Source of the DNA: Gemmatimonadales bacterium
GTDB taxonomy: Bacteria > Gemmatimonadota > Gemmatimonadetes > Gemmatimonadales > GWC2-71-9
Length of the DNA: 64,000 nucleotides
Reading direction: 5' to 3'
Assembly: GCA_011772755.1 (NCBI GenBank)
Contig: WVYX01000291.1
Coordinates: 27,365-91,364 of the forward strand
The translations under genes were made by a program, and so were the position numbers. Under the pieces are notes generated by a model. The model searched no databases, was not told the DNA's origin, and saw nothing but the letters and a program-made list of their open reading frames with translations. Shown here one piece after another: positions 63,573 to 64,000 of the stretch. Numbering within the stretch: the first letter of the stretch is position 1; every line of letters starts with the position of its first letter.

Positions 63573-64000
63573 CGCCCTGCGCGCTGGAATCTGCCTCCGC
63601 CGTGTTGTCGTCGTGCTCCTCACCGGGTTCGTGGGCGTGGCCGGCCGCTCGCTCGGCCAGCGCACCTTCGAGCACGGGCGTGGGGACTCCGCCCCCATAC
63701 CCATACACGATGGTGCCGCCGACATGGGCAGTCCAGAGCACTGCCAGCACGCCGACGGCGGAGATGGTGAGGTACGTTGGGCGCTCCTTGGGGCGGAGGT
63801 TGCCTTTTCGCCAGATGCGCCAGGCAGCGAGAACCCCGAAGAGGATCGCGACCGAAATGGCGAGTGTCTCGTGTCGTTCCATGACCAGATGGACGCTTCC
63901 GCCGTGCTCGATGCTCTCCTCGGCGATGAGCCCCGACACCAGGGCGAGGATGGTGCCCGCGGCACCCACCACCAGTAGCCAGAAGCCCGTGGCCCTTAGG
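63526..64000 (-). CDS. DUF2231-like membrane protein with His/Asp/Glu-rich C-terminal tail (5' end outside window)
   Basis: The frame is open to the window edge (...GFWLLVVGAAGTILALVSG...). TM helices plus ERHETLA...HVGGTIVYGYG. Tail HAHEPGEEHDDNTAEADSSAQGDDHTDPPGTPEHEHE. Confidence 0.55.
   Translation of the reverse strand, partial: LRATGFWLLVVGAAGTILALVSGLIAEESIEHGGSVHLVMERHETLAISVAILFGVLAAWRIWRKGNLRPKERPTYLTISAVGVLAVLWTAHVGGTIVYGYGGGVPTPVLEGALAERAAGHAHEPGEEHDDNTAEADSSAQGDDHTDPPGTPEHEHE

Noticed and set aside
1-64000. Search for CRISPR arrays, tRNA/rRNA genes, transposases/integrases, toxin-antitoxin or known defence-system genes
   Set aside because: By eye there are no regularly spaced direct repeats with spacers, no tRNA T-arm/acceptor signatures, no DDE or tyrosine-recombinase-like ORFs, and no recognisable defence or TA modules. 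This visual check could miss degenerate elements.

Overview
This is a 64-kb, visibly GC-rich (roughly two-thirds G+C by eye) bacterial chromosomal segment, densely coding on both strands. I support about 58 protein-coding genes, two decayed gene remnants, several hairpin terminators and a few short repeat or operator elements. I found no rRNA, tRNA, CRISPR array, transposase or integrase. Most content is housekeeping, envelope and respiration: a feo iron-uptake operon, two ZIP metal transporters, a B-family (ba3-like) cytochrome oxidase with a mini subunit, c-type cytochromes, three two-component sensors, thyA-folA, an EF-G paralog, prolyl oligopeptidase, an M50 protease, aldehyde dehydrogenase, SDRs and an ABC exporter. 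A Gemmatimonadota-like origin is only an inference, drawn from the GC content and the repeated CarboxypepD_reg/plug-like secreted proteins. The best candidates for undescribed biology are: (1) a four-gene, start/stop-overlapping operon of two Ddl-like ATP-grasp ligases, a GNAT and a KamA-family 2,3-aminomutase (53621-57447); (2) a translationally coupled archaemetzincin plus Clp1-family polynucleotide-kinase pair (2944-4721); (3) a CxxCH-bearing predicted outer-membrane beta-barrel in a cytochrome c cluster (16178-18580); (4) an orphan plus-strand intrinsic terminator closing a hairpin-rich 430-bp gap, a candidate ncRNA (28200-28543); (5) an ATGA-coupled lipoprotein, GGR-like flavoprotein and squalene-synthase-like module (58985-63572). 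Many long ORFs in the six-frame track are GC-driven shadow ORFs and were discarded. Several starts were moved downstream of the track call using SD motifs, signal peptides and 4-nt start/stop overlaps. All family assignments come from motif reading and memory, not from searches.
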